DNA from: Lophium mytilinum
Taxonomy: Eukaryota
Reading direction: 5' to 3'
Assembly (NCBI GenBank): GCA_010093605.1
Contig: MU004189.1
Span: 317,834 to 381,833 of the forward strand
DNA length: 64,000 nt
The position numbers and the translations under genes were made by a program. Below the pieces are notes generated by a model. The model was not told where the DNA came from. It saw only the letters and a list, made by a program, of their open reading frames with translations, and did not search any database. Positions 1 to 11,620 of this stretch are shown here, one piece after another. Each line of letters opens with the position of its first letter. Within the stretch, counting starts at the first letter, position 1.

Positions 1-50
1 AGTTTCCCCAACACCCTCACTTGTCAACTTCTCGCTCAACGTTACGCCAG

Positions 51-803
51 ATAATCCACGCAATCTACCAACGCCGCCCCTGCTTCCTCGTCGAGCCTGA
101 ATGGCTCTCCATTGCCTTCGACACAACCGCCGTCTCAGATGACGACGCCCTCTACACCGAAGTCCTCCTCCTAATGGCGCAATTCCCCTCTCTCCTCAGC
201 GCCTTCGCAGCCCTCGAATCCCCCCCCTCATCCACAAGCTACGACTCCCCCCACGCCTCCGCCCGCGCCGCCCTCCTCGCCCGCCTCCTCGACCTCAAAC
301 GCGCCCTCTACCGCCTCGAACTCGCCCTTAACCCCCGCCTCGCCGACGGCCGCGCCGCCATCGAGCTACCCTCCCTCCTCGCCACCACTCCCGTCCCCAC
401 CTCCTTCCACTTCACCTCGTGGCGCGTCGCCGTCGTCTACGCCTGCTTCTGGTCTCTGCTCCTCATGGCCAACAAACTCCTGCTGCAGATGCTGCCATCA
501 GAGGACCCGTGCTCGCTCGCGGATGTCTTCGACCTCGAGCAGGAGTGCCGCGGCGTCAGCGCGCAGATCTGCAAGATGTGGGAGGATGCGTGGGCGCGGC
601 GGCCGATTGGCGCGTTTCATACGGGGCTGAGTGCGCTGATGAGCTGGGAGTGGTGTGAGGACGGGGTTCGGGAGTGGGTGGTTGAGGGGCAGAATCGGTT
701 GTTGGAGGAGCAGATGGGGGCGGGTAGGGGGTGGAGGTGGGATGCGGAGAGTTTTGGGGCGACGGCGGAGAGGTTGGTGGGTGCAGTGGATGGGGTAAGG
801 TGA
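51..803 (+). CDS. Last exon of a probable fungal Zn(II)2Cys6-type transcription factor (C-terminal region; 5' part lies outside the window)
   Basis: CAG acceptor at 48-50, then an open frame IIHAIYQRRPCFLVEPEW...ICKMWE to TGA at 801-803. The RRPCFL..PEW pattern resembles C-terminal regions of fungal C6 regulators. The DNA-binding domain is not visible. Confidence 0.55.
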   Translation: MIHAIYQRRPCFLVEPEWLSIAFDTTAVSDDDALYTEVLLLMAQFPSLLSAFAALESPPSSTSYDSPHASARAALLARLLDLKRALYRLELALNPRLADGRAAIELPSLLATTPVPTSFHFTSWRVAVVYACFWSLLLMANKLLLQMLPSEDPCSLADVFDLEQECRGVSAQICKMWEDAWARRPIGAFHTGLSALMSWEWCEDGVREWVVEGQNRLLEEQMGAGRGWRWDAESFGATAERLVGAVDGVR

Positions 804-1431
804 GTTGAGGAGAGAGACACGGCCGGCACGTGTGTATAGCTCTATCTTCCTTCAAGACTTCTCTTTTTCCTATACATCACTATAATCTTCTCACTTGAAA
901 TAGAATATGGTTAGCTTCTGAAAACTGGAGAGGATAAAGAGCATATGTGCTTCTTAACTAGCTACTTCTTTACGATGGTAAAGCAAAGCAGTAGAGGCAG
1001 GTAATGAACAGTATCATTTACTTTATATTGGTAATAACCACTTATTAGTGGAAGTTATAATCACCATCACCACAAACCGATCAACCTAGTTAGTAACCCA
1101 TCGACCCGCTTTCTTCAATCCTTCGAATCCTCACTGGCCACTCGCAGCCTCTCGCACTAACTGCATACGTCCTCTTCGCCAGGCTCCCAAGCCTCTCTAT
1201 GATCAGATCGTCCGAGAGTAAGACCTAGTTGATCGGCAGTCGCAGTCTATCCATCTAGAGATATCTTGTCGAAGAATTACCTAATTAGCAAGAGCTCTGA
1301 GGAAAGAAGTTGGGGCACGGGTGCAGTACCGAGTGTTTAGACATAAGTTTGAGACCCGCCTACGAACTTTGATCCAGGTCACGTGTACGGCCGAGATAGG
1401 AAGGTGCGAGGAAACCGTGGAGCACAGATGC

Positions 1432-1526
1432 AAAGTTTGAACCAGAACTGCGAAAGTTTGAACCAGAATTGCGAAAGTTTGAACCAGAATTGCGAAAGTT
1501 TGAACCAGTGTTGAAGTTTGAACGAG
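1432..1526. repeat. 21-bp minisatellite (AAAGTTTGAACCAGAATTGCG), about 4.5 copies
   Basis: Units start at 1432, 1453, 1474 and 1495, with a partial unit at 1514. Confidence 0.95.
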
Positions 1527-1581
1527 ATCACGTGGAAGAAGTGCTTATTAAGACCGACCACTCATTAATGCTAGGCGGTTT

Positions 1582-1700
1582 AATCGACCCTTTAAATCGA
1601 CCCTTTCAATCGATCCTTTCAATCGACCCTCGCAATCGACCCTTTTATTCGACCCTTTTAATCGACCCTTTTAATCGACCCTTCTAATTCCCCTTCTAAT
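1582..1700. repeat. 13-bp minisatellite (AATCGACCCTTTH), about 8 copies with a decayed tail
   Basis: Repeated aatcgaccctt units read directly from the sequence. Confidence 0.92.
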
Positions 1701-2547
1701 TGTTCCTGCTAAAGCAATCTAATCGCGAGCTTAGCGGGTGTCAAGGGAATTACCTCCCAAAAAGGATGCAACACGCGAAAAGAACAGAACCCTGGCCCGA
1801 GGCTCGATTCGACCATGTACCCTCCGCGTATACGCTGCGTCTCACGGAAAATCGAGTAATGCCGTCAGATCTGGGAATGTTTTTAGTTGAAGGGGGACGA
1901 AGCGTTACCGCCTTGTGCTGACCCAGCTCCTTCACGTTTTGGGCTCTTTAAGTGGAAAGAGATACAGATCTAACCGCGTAGAAGGAGTTTACTTAGACGC
2001 TGTGTCCGCGATGCGTTTACTTATCGTACGCACGAAGTGCCTTATTGTCTGCACCATCCTCACCTCACTCTGCTGAGCCTGGCGCAACCACATCAGCACC
2101 ATCACCGTGCCTTCCCAAGTATCAACAATTCATCTCCGTTCACAATATCAATGTTCACCCGTAAAGCAGACTCAACACAAATCCCATTATCATCCAATTC
2201 ATTTCTATCCAAGGTTCATGTTTTCCTACTCCATCCCACCCATAGTCATACTCATACACCAAAAGCTCCAAAAGCCCATTTCCGTCCAGTTCCCCGTTTT
2301 GATACACCCCCTATACAACTCTCTCTCCAAAAGAATGAGCGAGTGACGAAGAAGAAGAAAAAAGACCGGCATAGCCAGTCCAGCTGCAAAAGTGGGTATT
2401 TACAGAATAGAAGAAGAAGGAAAGCAAGCTCCAGCACACATTGTCAAAGCGAATGTAATCGGTGCCTCCGCGCACACGCTCCTCGAAACACCTAACCCTG
2501 AATGTAAATCCAACAACTCCTATATGGTGCGAAGTGACTGGAGGCAT

Positions 2548-4101
2548 CTACGACGCCGCCTCAATCAACTTCCCCACTAGGCTCCTCGCATGATGCGCAT
2601 GGCCCGCTGCGAGACGCTGGCTCCGCTTCTTCACAGCATTGGAGCACGCACCCCCGGCACAGGTCTGGTACAGACTAATCGCAGCAGCGCCACCACAGAT
2701 CTCGTTCGTGTTACCGTTGCACTTCATCAGGCAATTCCCCGCCACACCCTTCACAGGCGCCCGGTCCGCCGCGATGCTGTTCCCGCAATAGCACTCACCC
2801 GAGTACTCCACGCCCGCATACTTCGAGCCCTTCCCCTTGCAAAAATCCACACACGTCTCGACGGTCATCTTCGGCCCGGAGGTCTGAGGCCCATTGAGCG
2901 TGCGGCTACCCGCGTCATCGGTGCCACAGCCAATATACTTCCAGCCCTTCGACTTCGTGAGATCCGGGACGCCGAGCGAGGCGGTAGTGACGCCCGCGAT
3001 CTTAGCGGCCGGGCAGTTCTCGACCTTGGTGGCGTAGGCGGGCCCCGCGGTGAGGGGGTTGCAGCCGGGCAGCTTCTCGAGGATGCCGGAGACGGGCTCG
3101 GCGATCATGTTGGGGAGTTTGCACGACTGCGTCTCGGCCTGGGTGCGCTTGGTGAAGACTTTATCCTCGCAGTCGGTGACGCCGTCGACGCAGGTGTCGA
3201 TGCCTTTTTGCAGCGTCGGAATGTCCCAGCCGTTGACGAAGTCGCCATGGAAGCCGTAGCCCGTCTCGTCGCCGTTGGAGAAGACGAAGGGCTGCTTGTC
3301 GGAGTACCAGTCGTTGGCGAAGTGGTTCGTGTTGTAGGTGACTTCGTAGAAGAGCGTCATCATGTGCACGGGGTGGGTGCTTGGGCAGCGTCCGCCGTCG
3401 TAGTTGCTGTTGGGGGACTTGGTTGGGTAGGACATGTGGGACTTGTGGTCAGCGGAGTCGAGGTTCTTGCCGTCCCAGCAGGAGGGCATGACGATCTGGG
3501 TGCGGATGCTGTCGCATTTGCGCGTGGGCAGGGCTTGATTGATGAAGGGGCCGCCTGCGACGTTACATTGGTGCTGCACGGCCATGCCGGCGTAGTCGGT
3601 GGATGAGGCGCGACGGAGGGGGTCGCCGGCGAGCATGCGGAAGCCCTTGGGGAAGGGGTGGAGCTTGTCGTTGTCGGGGCCTTTGCGGTTGCTGAGTGGT
3701 GTTAGCTGAATTCTCTACTTGATGGAGGCTGGGTGCACTCACAGATAGTAGATTGCCATCCCCCCCATGTCCCCATACTGGTTATCACCATTGATGGGGA
3801 CAGGGATGAAGCTACCGTTCTTGGCATGGTAGTACATCTTGGGGGTCCAGTAATTGCTCAGGTCCTCCTTGATGTAGCAGGTTGAGCAGGTGGAGGCGCG
3901 GGCCTTGTCGTAGTCCATGCTGAAGTTGAAGCCATTTCCACCAACGATGGCGTGGACGTGGCCAGCTGGTGCACCCGGGTTCACAATGGGGTCGGCGCGC
4001 TCATCGAAGAGGCGCGAGAAGCATTGCACCACGAAGGTGCTGCTAGCGGGGGTGAGGAGAGTGGAAATGAGGGGGAGAAGGATGTGGGATTTGAGAAGCA
4101 T
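2548..4101 (-). CDS. Secreted DUF1996 plus WSC domain protein (2 exons: 4101-3743, 3691-2548)
   Basis: Signal peptide; DPIVNPG..HVHAIVGGNGF, DLSNYWTP, MPSCWDGKNLDSADHKSHMSYP and GYGFHGDFVNGWD motifs; C-terminal WSC (YIGCGTD..MTVETCVDFC..YAGVEYSGECYCGN). A GTGAGT...GCTAAC..CAG intron joins the two ORFs in frame. Confidence 0.93.
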
Positions 4102-6662
4102 GTTGATGATAGGATGAAAGAGTCTAAAGTGGGAATCGTTGTGTTTTTTCAGTTGGTATCGTGGAGTCGTTTACAGACGTATGTTGCACAGCAAGCTGTT
4201 GTTTTGATATTGGGCCAAGGAGCGTGGATACTGGCAAAGAGTGACGGCGCAAAGATGGTTCAGAAGGAATGACACAGGTATCAAACCTGGAATGAAAGCA
4301 AAAGACAAAGAGAGAGTGAAGCAGTCAACTGGGACGCTGTTGGGAGTAGTGAAGAAGAGAGTGGCCAGGGTGGGAGCAACCTCATTCTTGTACTCACCGG
4401 GGCATGATCTGTGCCTCGCCCATGCAGCCAACAACCTTCACTCGGGCCAGCCCTCACAGAACCCCTTCCATTTCCCCTCGCCTACTCGCAGCAGGGCGGC
4501 GTTCAGTTGGCACCCCCTGCGGCATGCCGAAGGTGTGGCCCGACATATTCTCCAGCGAGCAACGCCGGGGCATGCGGGTTCCTGCAGAAGGGCGAAAATA
4601 TGCTTCACCCGCAGCGAAGCAGAAACGCCGGAGTCTGCTGCAGCCAGTCAGCACTCCCACAAAACAAGAAATATCGCACCTCGGCGCCCCACCCCAGCGA
4701 TGCGCGCGGGGGCATGCAAGCCGTTGGTGTTGGCGTGGCGTCCGTTGGTGGCCCTGGTGCAGGTGGTAGTTTCGAAACGTGCGTGGCGTCGGGCTGCTTT
4801 TTGCTCTCTGCTTTGGCGAGAGCGCTTTCCATGCGCGCGGCCTCATTCCATCACCTCCCACCCCAAAAAGCCACCATCCCTCAAGCATCGCCAGCGTGCA
4901 CGCCAGCTCCTTCGCCTGTGCCCGCCCCTAAGATACGCCGATACGCAGATACACAGATAAGGGCGCGCAGACCCGACTCTGACTGGGCCGGTTTGGGGGC
5001 TCTCTGCCCTCGCTCTGGCCTGCGCGCTGCTGGCATGCCTCGAAGCTGAGTCGCACTGCAGCCATCCTGCACGGCGAGACACCATTCATATCGGTACCTG
5101 CAGCGAGAGTCAGCCCCTCGACGGCCCGGCAGCGTTCTCCCCTGATTCTTTTCTAGGCCATGCTGCCCGACCTTCTGCTTTAGGCGCCCCTCCTTCCATG
5201 CAGTAGCAGCCGCCCATGGCTTTTCAAGCTTTTCTTGTTTCTCGGTAGAGAGAGGCACAGTTGGAGTGTTTACCCGCTCACCGTGTCGGTACTTGACACA
5301 GGGGAGGGATCCTTCTGCGCTTAGACGGTGGGTTCGACTCGGGAGCCACCGTGATTCCTAGCTGATCGAGCTCAATTCTAACGTCCGTGCCGTCGGTATC
5401 GCTGTTAGAGCCACTATCACTGTGCCACATGAGGGTTGGACCGGACGGCTCAGACAAGGCCGGCCTAGACGTCACTGCTATCTGCGCTGTGGCGCGCGGC
5501 TCCTTCAGGTCTCACACAGAGCTTCCTGGTGCATTCCAAAGTCGACGACGAGCAGACGAGTGTCACTAAATGAAACAGTTCTTGGTGAATGGTGATTGAT
5601 CAGTCCTTGGCTGTTGGCCTCGACTGGAGTCTCGCTTTGCGATACATACGTTCACAACGGGCGCGCTGCGCTTCGTGGCATGCGGAGTTGAACGATAATT
5701 GATGGCAAGCTAGGTTGACCATGCTAGAGTTCGCAAAATATCTCCAATTGTGCAATTCCACAGAGCCGAGTGGAGCACAAATGTGGAACGTCGGCCAAGT
5801 ACATGTTTCTCATCTTTCAGGTTTCAATTCAACTGAGGGCCAGATTCAATGCCGCAAGAGAAGTAGCAAAAACGCAATTACCACGATCTGGCGTAGAACA
5901 GCAGAAAAAACAGCGAAGGACCCCTGGACGATGTAGTTAGGCGCTAGAAAACAATTCGCGGGCAGTCCCGATGTTTATCGAAGTAGCGACAGTGTTCAAA
6001 CCGCACTCCGGGTCCAAGGATGGGTAAGTAAGAAATTCATCACACTCAAGCGCCCTGCATGATATACTCTGCACTCTATACTTGACTACTGCCAAAAGCT
6101 CCTAGATCGGGAGACACGCTTGATTAGATGCTGGCTGGGATGTGGATGGCGGATAGTACACCGAACTTTGCAATGGACTTGCTTCGAGGTACGTATTCCG
6201 ATACCGCGTTCGCATTCGACAACCGATAGGATGAATCTCCAGTCACAACGGCGGGTGAAACAATGTCCGGATCGCACCTCGCTACACTGAATGTATTCAA
6301 TGTGTCCTAGCCCCTCATTGTAGCATATTTCTCGTCATGTCTAACGGAAACCGGGACTTTGCCTTCAGATGCAGAAGCCTTTTTTCGTCTATTACTTTCG
6401 TCACCGTCGTCCTTTCGCTTCGTGGAAACAGATGTGGACTCTGCTTCAGATTAGCAACATCGTTGGGACGTGGACCATCAAACTAAACTGGTTGAGCAAA
6501 AGCCTCACATTAGAAAGACATTCGGTGTGCAAACATTTCAAGTATCAATGGTGCAATTTCATTTTCTGTCAAACTACTTAGGGTATCTAAAACAATCTTT
6601 GAACAGCCTCATCCCCCTTGCTAATCTACCGCTAGCCCCTTCTAGGGGGTTACATAGGCAGT

Positions 6663-7170
6663 TTATCCATTCTGCACGGCACTTGCTCTTACGGGATCAT
6701 ATGGCTTGCTTGAAGCTAGTGGCTGCTCAGCCAGGGGCTCGCGGGGTCGATCGGCTGGCTTGCTTGTTTCCTTGTGCGATGCAGTTCTTGCCACTGAAGC
6801 TTAACTTAGTAACAGCATAACAGCCATTATAGCATCAAAACTAACAATGGACCTTCCGCACGACTTGTGTCATGCGCCAGTCGACGACACCAACATCTAT
6901 CCTATGTACCTTCTCCTCCAGCAGTTGTTTAACTACACGCTCTTGGATGTCCGCTTGGGTGTCTGCATAGACCTGAGTCCAACGAGTCCATTCCGGATGA
7001 TCTGTGGCAAGTCTTTCCGCTTCTTGCTTTGTGATGGTCTGCCCGATCTTTGTTAACAAGGCCTACGCTAGGCTTATATCCCTGCTTACCAGAAACCGCT
7101 TCCACTCAGTCGAGTTAAGTCCAGCTCTGGCCTGTGCCTCAGTAGCCTTGGCGGTAATCTTAAGACTCAT
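6663..7170 (-). CDS. Small 3-exon hypothetical protein, 134 aa (7170-7090, 7038-6846, 6793-6663)
   Basis: ATG at 7170. Introns GTAAGC..TTAAC..CAG and GTTAGT..CTAAG..CAG give one continuous frame MSLKITAK...WKRFL/TITKQEAERL...VRKVHL/ARTASH...KPYDPVRASAVQNG*. Confidence 0.65.
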
Positions 7171-7276
7171 TCTGCGTGGTGGCGTTGAACTGTGACAATT
7201 CGTAAGATTTCGAGCGGGAGTCGTGTTGCTGAAGCGGGGCCATGGAAGGAGGGCACTGACCATATTGACCACATCC

Positions 7277-7350
7277 TCCGTTACGTCCGTCTCGTCCGTC
7301 CTGTCCGTCTCGTCCGTCACGTCCGTCTCGTCTGTCTCGTCTGTCTCGTC
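7277..7350. repeat. 9-bp tandem repeat (TCCGTCTCG), about 8 copies
   Basis: Read directly; lies about 110 bp upstream of the 134-aa orphan gene. Confidence 0.9.
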
Positions 7351-7934
7351 CCATCCACGTTCCCTTCACGTCGAAGTATCGGTTAATCAGATCGACGTTC
7401 GATACAAGCCGAATCCATTACTCCTCTCCCAGATATCTGCCTTCAAATCGTGTTACGCCCGGCGAGGCTGAGGATGCACGTTTGCCTTCAAATTCTGCAG
7501 CAGCCTTCATACATCCTACGCCTCCTTCCCACGCCGCTTCTGTGGATTCTCATTTTCCGCAGCTAGTTGAGTCCTGCTTAGGCGAACCGTGTATGTTTAT
7601 CTTTCGTTGCTCTGCTAAGTCAACAGACTCGTTATTTCTACGCAATGACCTCAGTCATTGGCTACGTTGGCTGGGGCGTCACAGCCTTCTGCTGCGGTTT
7701 CTTTACTTACGGTCATGTATCCGCTGCAAAATACAAAGAGACGAAACGCAGCAGATCAATTCAAATTGTTATCATCTGACTACTGCCAAGAGCTACCGGA
7801 ACGGGAGATTTATCTGCTTATGTATCGGCGAATTATGCGTCCTTCTCATCGAGTACGCTTTCATACCTTCGAGTCTACATTTCTGGCATCCTCTACGTTG
7901 TAGTTGAATTCAATCTTTCAACCCAGCTTCCTCA

Positions 7935-9765
7935 CTATAGAATATATCTAAACCCCTTCGGCAACCCCTCCTCCTGCTCCTTCGCCGCCATCTTCCGATT
8001 CTCCCACCCCAACACAAACCTAATCACAATCGCCATGCCCGCACACAAAAAGCACACGCACGCCAGCCCCACACCCGCGGGAACATACTGCGGCCCATCA
8101 CTCGGCGGGTACATATAGCTGCCATAAATGCCCGCCGCGTTCCCAAACATGCCGCACGTAGCCACCACGACGGCGCGCTTGCCCAGCGGCCGCGGGAACG
8201 ACGACGTGATCCACGCCAGGATCATCTGGAACGGCGGCAAGATGCCCAGCGGCATTAAATACTTGGCGAACATGCGCGGGCCGACGCCGTGGGTAGTGAC
8301 GACAAGGATGTTGCCGATGGCGCCGACGACCATGCAGCACGCGATGTGGATGCTGCGCTCGCTGGTGCGGGAGCTGTGGTAGGCGACGACGAGGGTTGCG
8401 ATGAGGGTCGCGAACCAGACGGGGACGGTGAGGAGGAGGGTGGTGGTGCGGTTGTAGCCGAGGGACTTTACGATGGTTGGGAAGAAGTAGGTGAAGGACT
8501 GTGCGAGGAGATTGCTGACGGTTTGTTAGGTACGCTGAGGAGGAGCGCGGAGGGGGTATTGGCGTACCAGTGGTGCATGATCATGAAGAGGTAGAGCCGG
8601 TAATCAGAGTACGCGAGCTTCAACGCCTGCTTCCAGGTGATGGCGTCGCGGTCGTCCTGCTCGCCTTGGACGTCCTGCGCCAGCCGCCATTGCGCAAAAT
8701 GCTTCTCTTCCGTCGACAGCCAGCGCGTCGTGTTTGGGTAGTCCGGCATGAAGAAACTGGGATCTCGTCAGCTTCGCGACACACATCACGGAGAACTTTC
8801 TGGAAAACCGAACTCACACTGCTATCATCGCAATACCGCATGTAGCGGTACCCTCAATGATGAACAACCACCGCCATCCCGCAATGCCATGCGCTGGGTT
8901 CAGATTCGCCAAAACACCGGCTGCGATCAGACCTCCAAACCTGGGATCAATCAGCACCCATACCCAATGAATCTTATTGATAGCGTCGGTGACCCACATA
9001 TTCGCCAGCGCGACTCCAGTATAAAGAATGGCAATCCGATGCGCGAGCTCGTGCGCCCGATACCAACTCGACATAAGAAAAATACATCCCCTATCCCCAT
9101 TCATTAGCTCCAGTTCTTCTTCTTTCCACATATTAATTTCACGTACGAAAAGAACGGCGCCTCCGCCGCACCAAGAAATAGTCGACACATCAGTTCTCCG
9201 ACAAACGAATGCGTCGCCGCCTGGCACGCGCTGATCATGCCCCAAATAGCCATCATACCGCACAGATACAGGCTCGGGCGGACCTTCGTCAAGAGCAGAT
9301 TAGAAGGGAGTTGGAACAAGATATAACCAATGAACAGAATCGACGTAATAGTGTTGAACTCCGTCCCCTTGAGACGGAGATCGGCTTCCAGCGAGCCCAG
9401 GCGGGCTTGGGCGAGGGCGGTGCGGTCGAGGAAGTTGGTTAGGTCTGGATGGGAGGGGGGGTTAGCGAGCTCGTACACGCACATGCACACGCTCTTGCCT
9501 TCTGGTCTTCGTAGGGGGTACTTGATAAGTGTAGATAGAGCTGGGATAGAGGGGGCGTTTCGTACGCACACATCAACACAATCCACGGCAACAACTGCAC
9601 ATCAATCTTCCACAGCAGCTCCTTCGTCTTGAACGCATGCCACTCGGCATCCCGCTGCGCGAAGTCGGCCGCGTGCGCCTGTAACTCGTCGTCTGGGTTT
9701 GCGTTCTGCTGCTTGAGCTCGTACGACTCGACGTGGTTGTCGAGGGAGGTGCGTTTGATGTCCAT
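7935..9765 (-). CDS. MFS transporter, anion:cation symporter (Dal5/Tna1-like) family, 6 exons
   Basis: KIDVQLLPWIVLM/YLTNFLDR, FIGYILFQLPSNLLLTKVRPS, RLFLGAAEAPFF, GWRWLFIIEG, MPDYPNTTRWLS and ENRK..FRYIL motifs. Five GT-AG introns splice into one frame. Confidence 0.92.
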
Positions 9766-11620
9766 ATCCGCGGTATTCCTATCCCTATCCGTATGCGTAC
9801 GTCCCACAAGAAATCAAAAATCAAAACAGAAGCCTCAACCCTCAAGACTTCAATTCTCTGACAGCGAGAATTGAGGCAAGTAAACAATCCCGGCAACCAA
9901 GGTAGCTAGTATCTGCGAAAACACGGGGTCCCCATACTACTTAAGCTTTTTCGCCAATGTGATCGCGCGCAATCCGCGACCATGGGGTAGGGAGGTGCGG
10001 AGGAGGCGAGATGGGTTTTAGGCCTTCTCGCCGACCTGGCCGCGCATGCGGCGACCAACTAAAATGGCGGCTAGGGGGCGTAGCGTGCTGTGGGGTGGGA
10101 GGGAGGTGTGTGATGTGCGCCGATCTGGTCCGTCGGGGAGAAGGCCGAGGGGGGGCGTGTGGGGAAAGGGGCTGCGTCGGGGTGGTTTCTTTCGGTTGGG
10201 GAGATATGGGTAGGGGATAATTAGAGGGGTGGTTTAGGGTTTGGTAGCTTGGATGGCTGGTGTTGTGGGTTGTGGGGGATGATCAAGTGAGGGTTGAGAT
10301 GTTGGGTTGCGTTAGGAAAAGGGCGTTTCGAATGAGGAAATGGGAAATCGAGATGGCTGCTTTGACGAGGAAAAGGGGTCTTTTGAGGTGCTGGTTAGTG
10401 TAATTTGCATGATAGGAAAGAGAGCATAAGTTGCATTGCTCCATCTGCTTGGGTTCGACCGATGTAGTTGACTGGGGACTGTCCTCTTACTCGTTGATAA
10501 GGAGACTGAAGATGAGATAGTTGAAACATCTCACTATCTAGTGGTATCAACTAGGTAAGCTTCTCCACCTCGAAAGATGAATCGACAACATGTAATACTG
10601 CATACGAGGATCCCGTATATATGTAAACGGACAGCGAAGCAGAGCGGAAATAGGTTTATTTCGTGTTCTCCTGTTGGCTTTGCTGAAAGTAAGGGATCAG
10701 AAAACGCGATATCGGCGTGCTAATAGACACAGCAACTCCTAGCCGCTGTCGGAAGAAACATGAAAACAGTGAGGGAGTCTCTTGGAAGGCGATGATACGG
10801 GGTACAAATACAAATATATCACGTGACGTGCGAAGAAACAATTCCACTTCGCCTCCAATACCAGCCTTGAACGACATCCTGTTTCTATAACAATGATGAG
10901 GGACTGCGTCCTAGTTGGTTGAGTGTTCTCCAGGATTCTGTTAAAACTGCATCAGAAGCTTGATTTACCGTCGCGATCTTCAGATTCAAAACTGAACGCT
11001 GTGCCACAATCCGCAAGGAGTGACGAAGCTACAGTTTCAGCCAAGAATGGGCGATAGTACGGGCTAAGCATGCAGTGATGAGCTCCGTAGGAACTCAAAA
11101 ACAGCGTAGAAAAGCTCATCGTCTATTGGTGCAGAGCGTCCTTGAGGAGCACCACGAGAACGGACACGGAGTCGGGACTCGCAACACCGAAATGACGATA
11201 CACAGGTATTGAAGACAAACGAGAGAATGAGAAGTGGGGCGTGTCAAAGGCAAGGGAAGGATGCGCTGTGCTTACTTCATCTAAACGTGCACATATATAT
11301 CAGTCAGACTCCCAACATACTTTCCATCTCATTCACAGCAGTCTCACCAGCCAAGAAGCGGTAGGTTCATGAAGTTTGTTCTCGTAGCTCTTTTCTGATG
11401 CTTCTACATACGCATGCACCTCGTTCCCAACCCCACTCGACCACATGTTATCAACAAACCACCCAATCACCAACCCCAAATATAGTACAAAGAAGTATTT
11501 CAGAAGGCTCCAAGATCCCGTTTGCCCCTTTTTACCGATCCCCATATAACCCAGTTCCGAAACGCTAACCCTGATACACAAGAACCCCTCAAGAAGATTT
11601 GGTCACACGCCCATTTGCGC

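Noticed and set aside
2590..3606. 338-aa plus-strand ORF
   Set aside because: Antisense shadow of the codon-biased DUF1996-WSC gene.
4241..5049. Overlapping 239-aa and 212-aa plus-strand ORFs
   Set aside because: GC-rich upstream region; no recognisable motifs, and several frames are open at once.
5325..5350. GGTTCGACTC resembling a tRNA T-loop/B box
   Set aside because: No cloverleaf stems or A box around it. The same applies to similar words near 10453 and 29198.
10231..10242. TTAGGG telomere-like word
   Set aside because: Single copy within a G-rich stretch; not an array.
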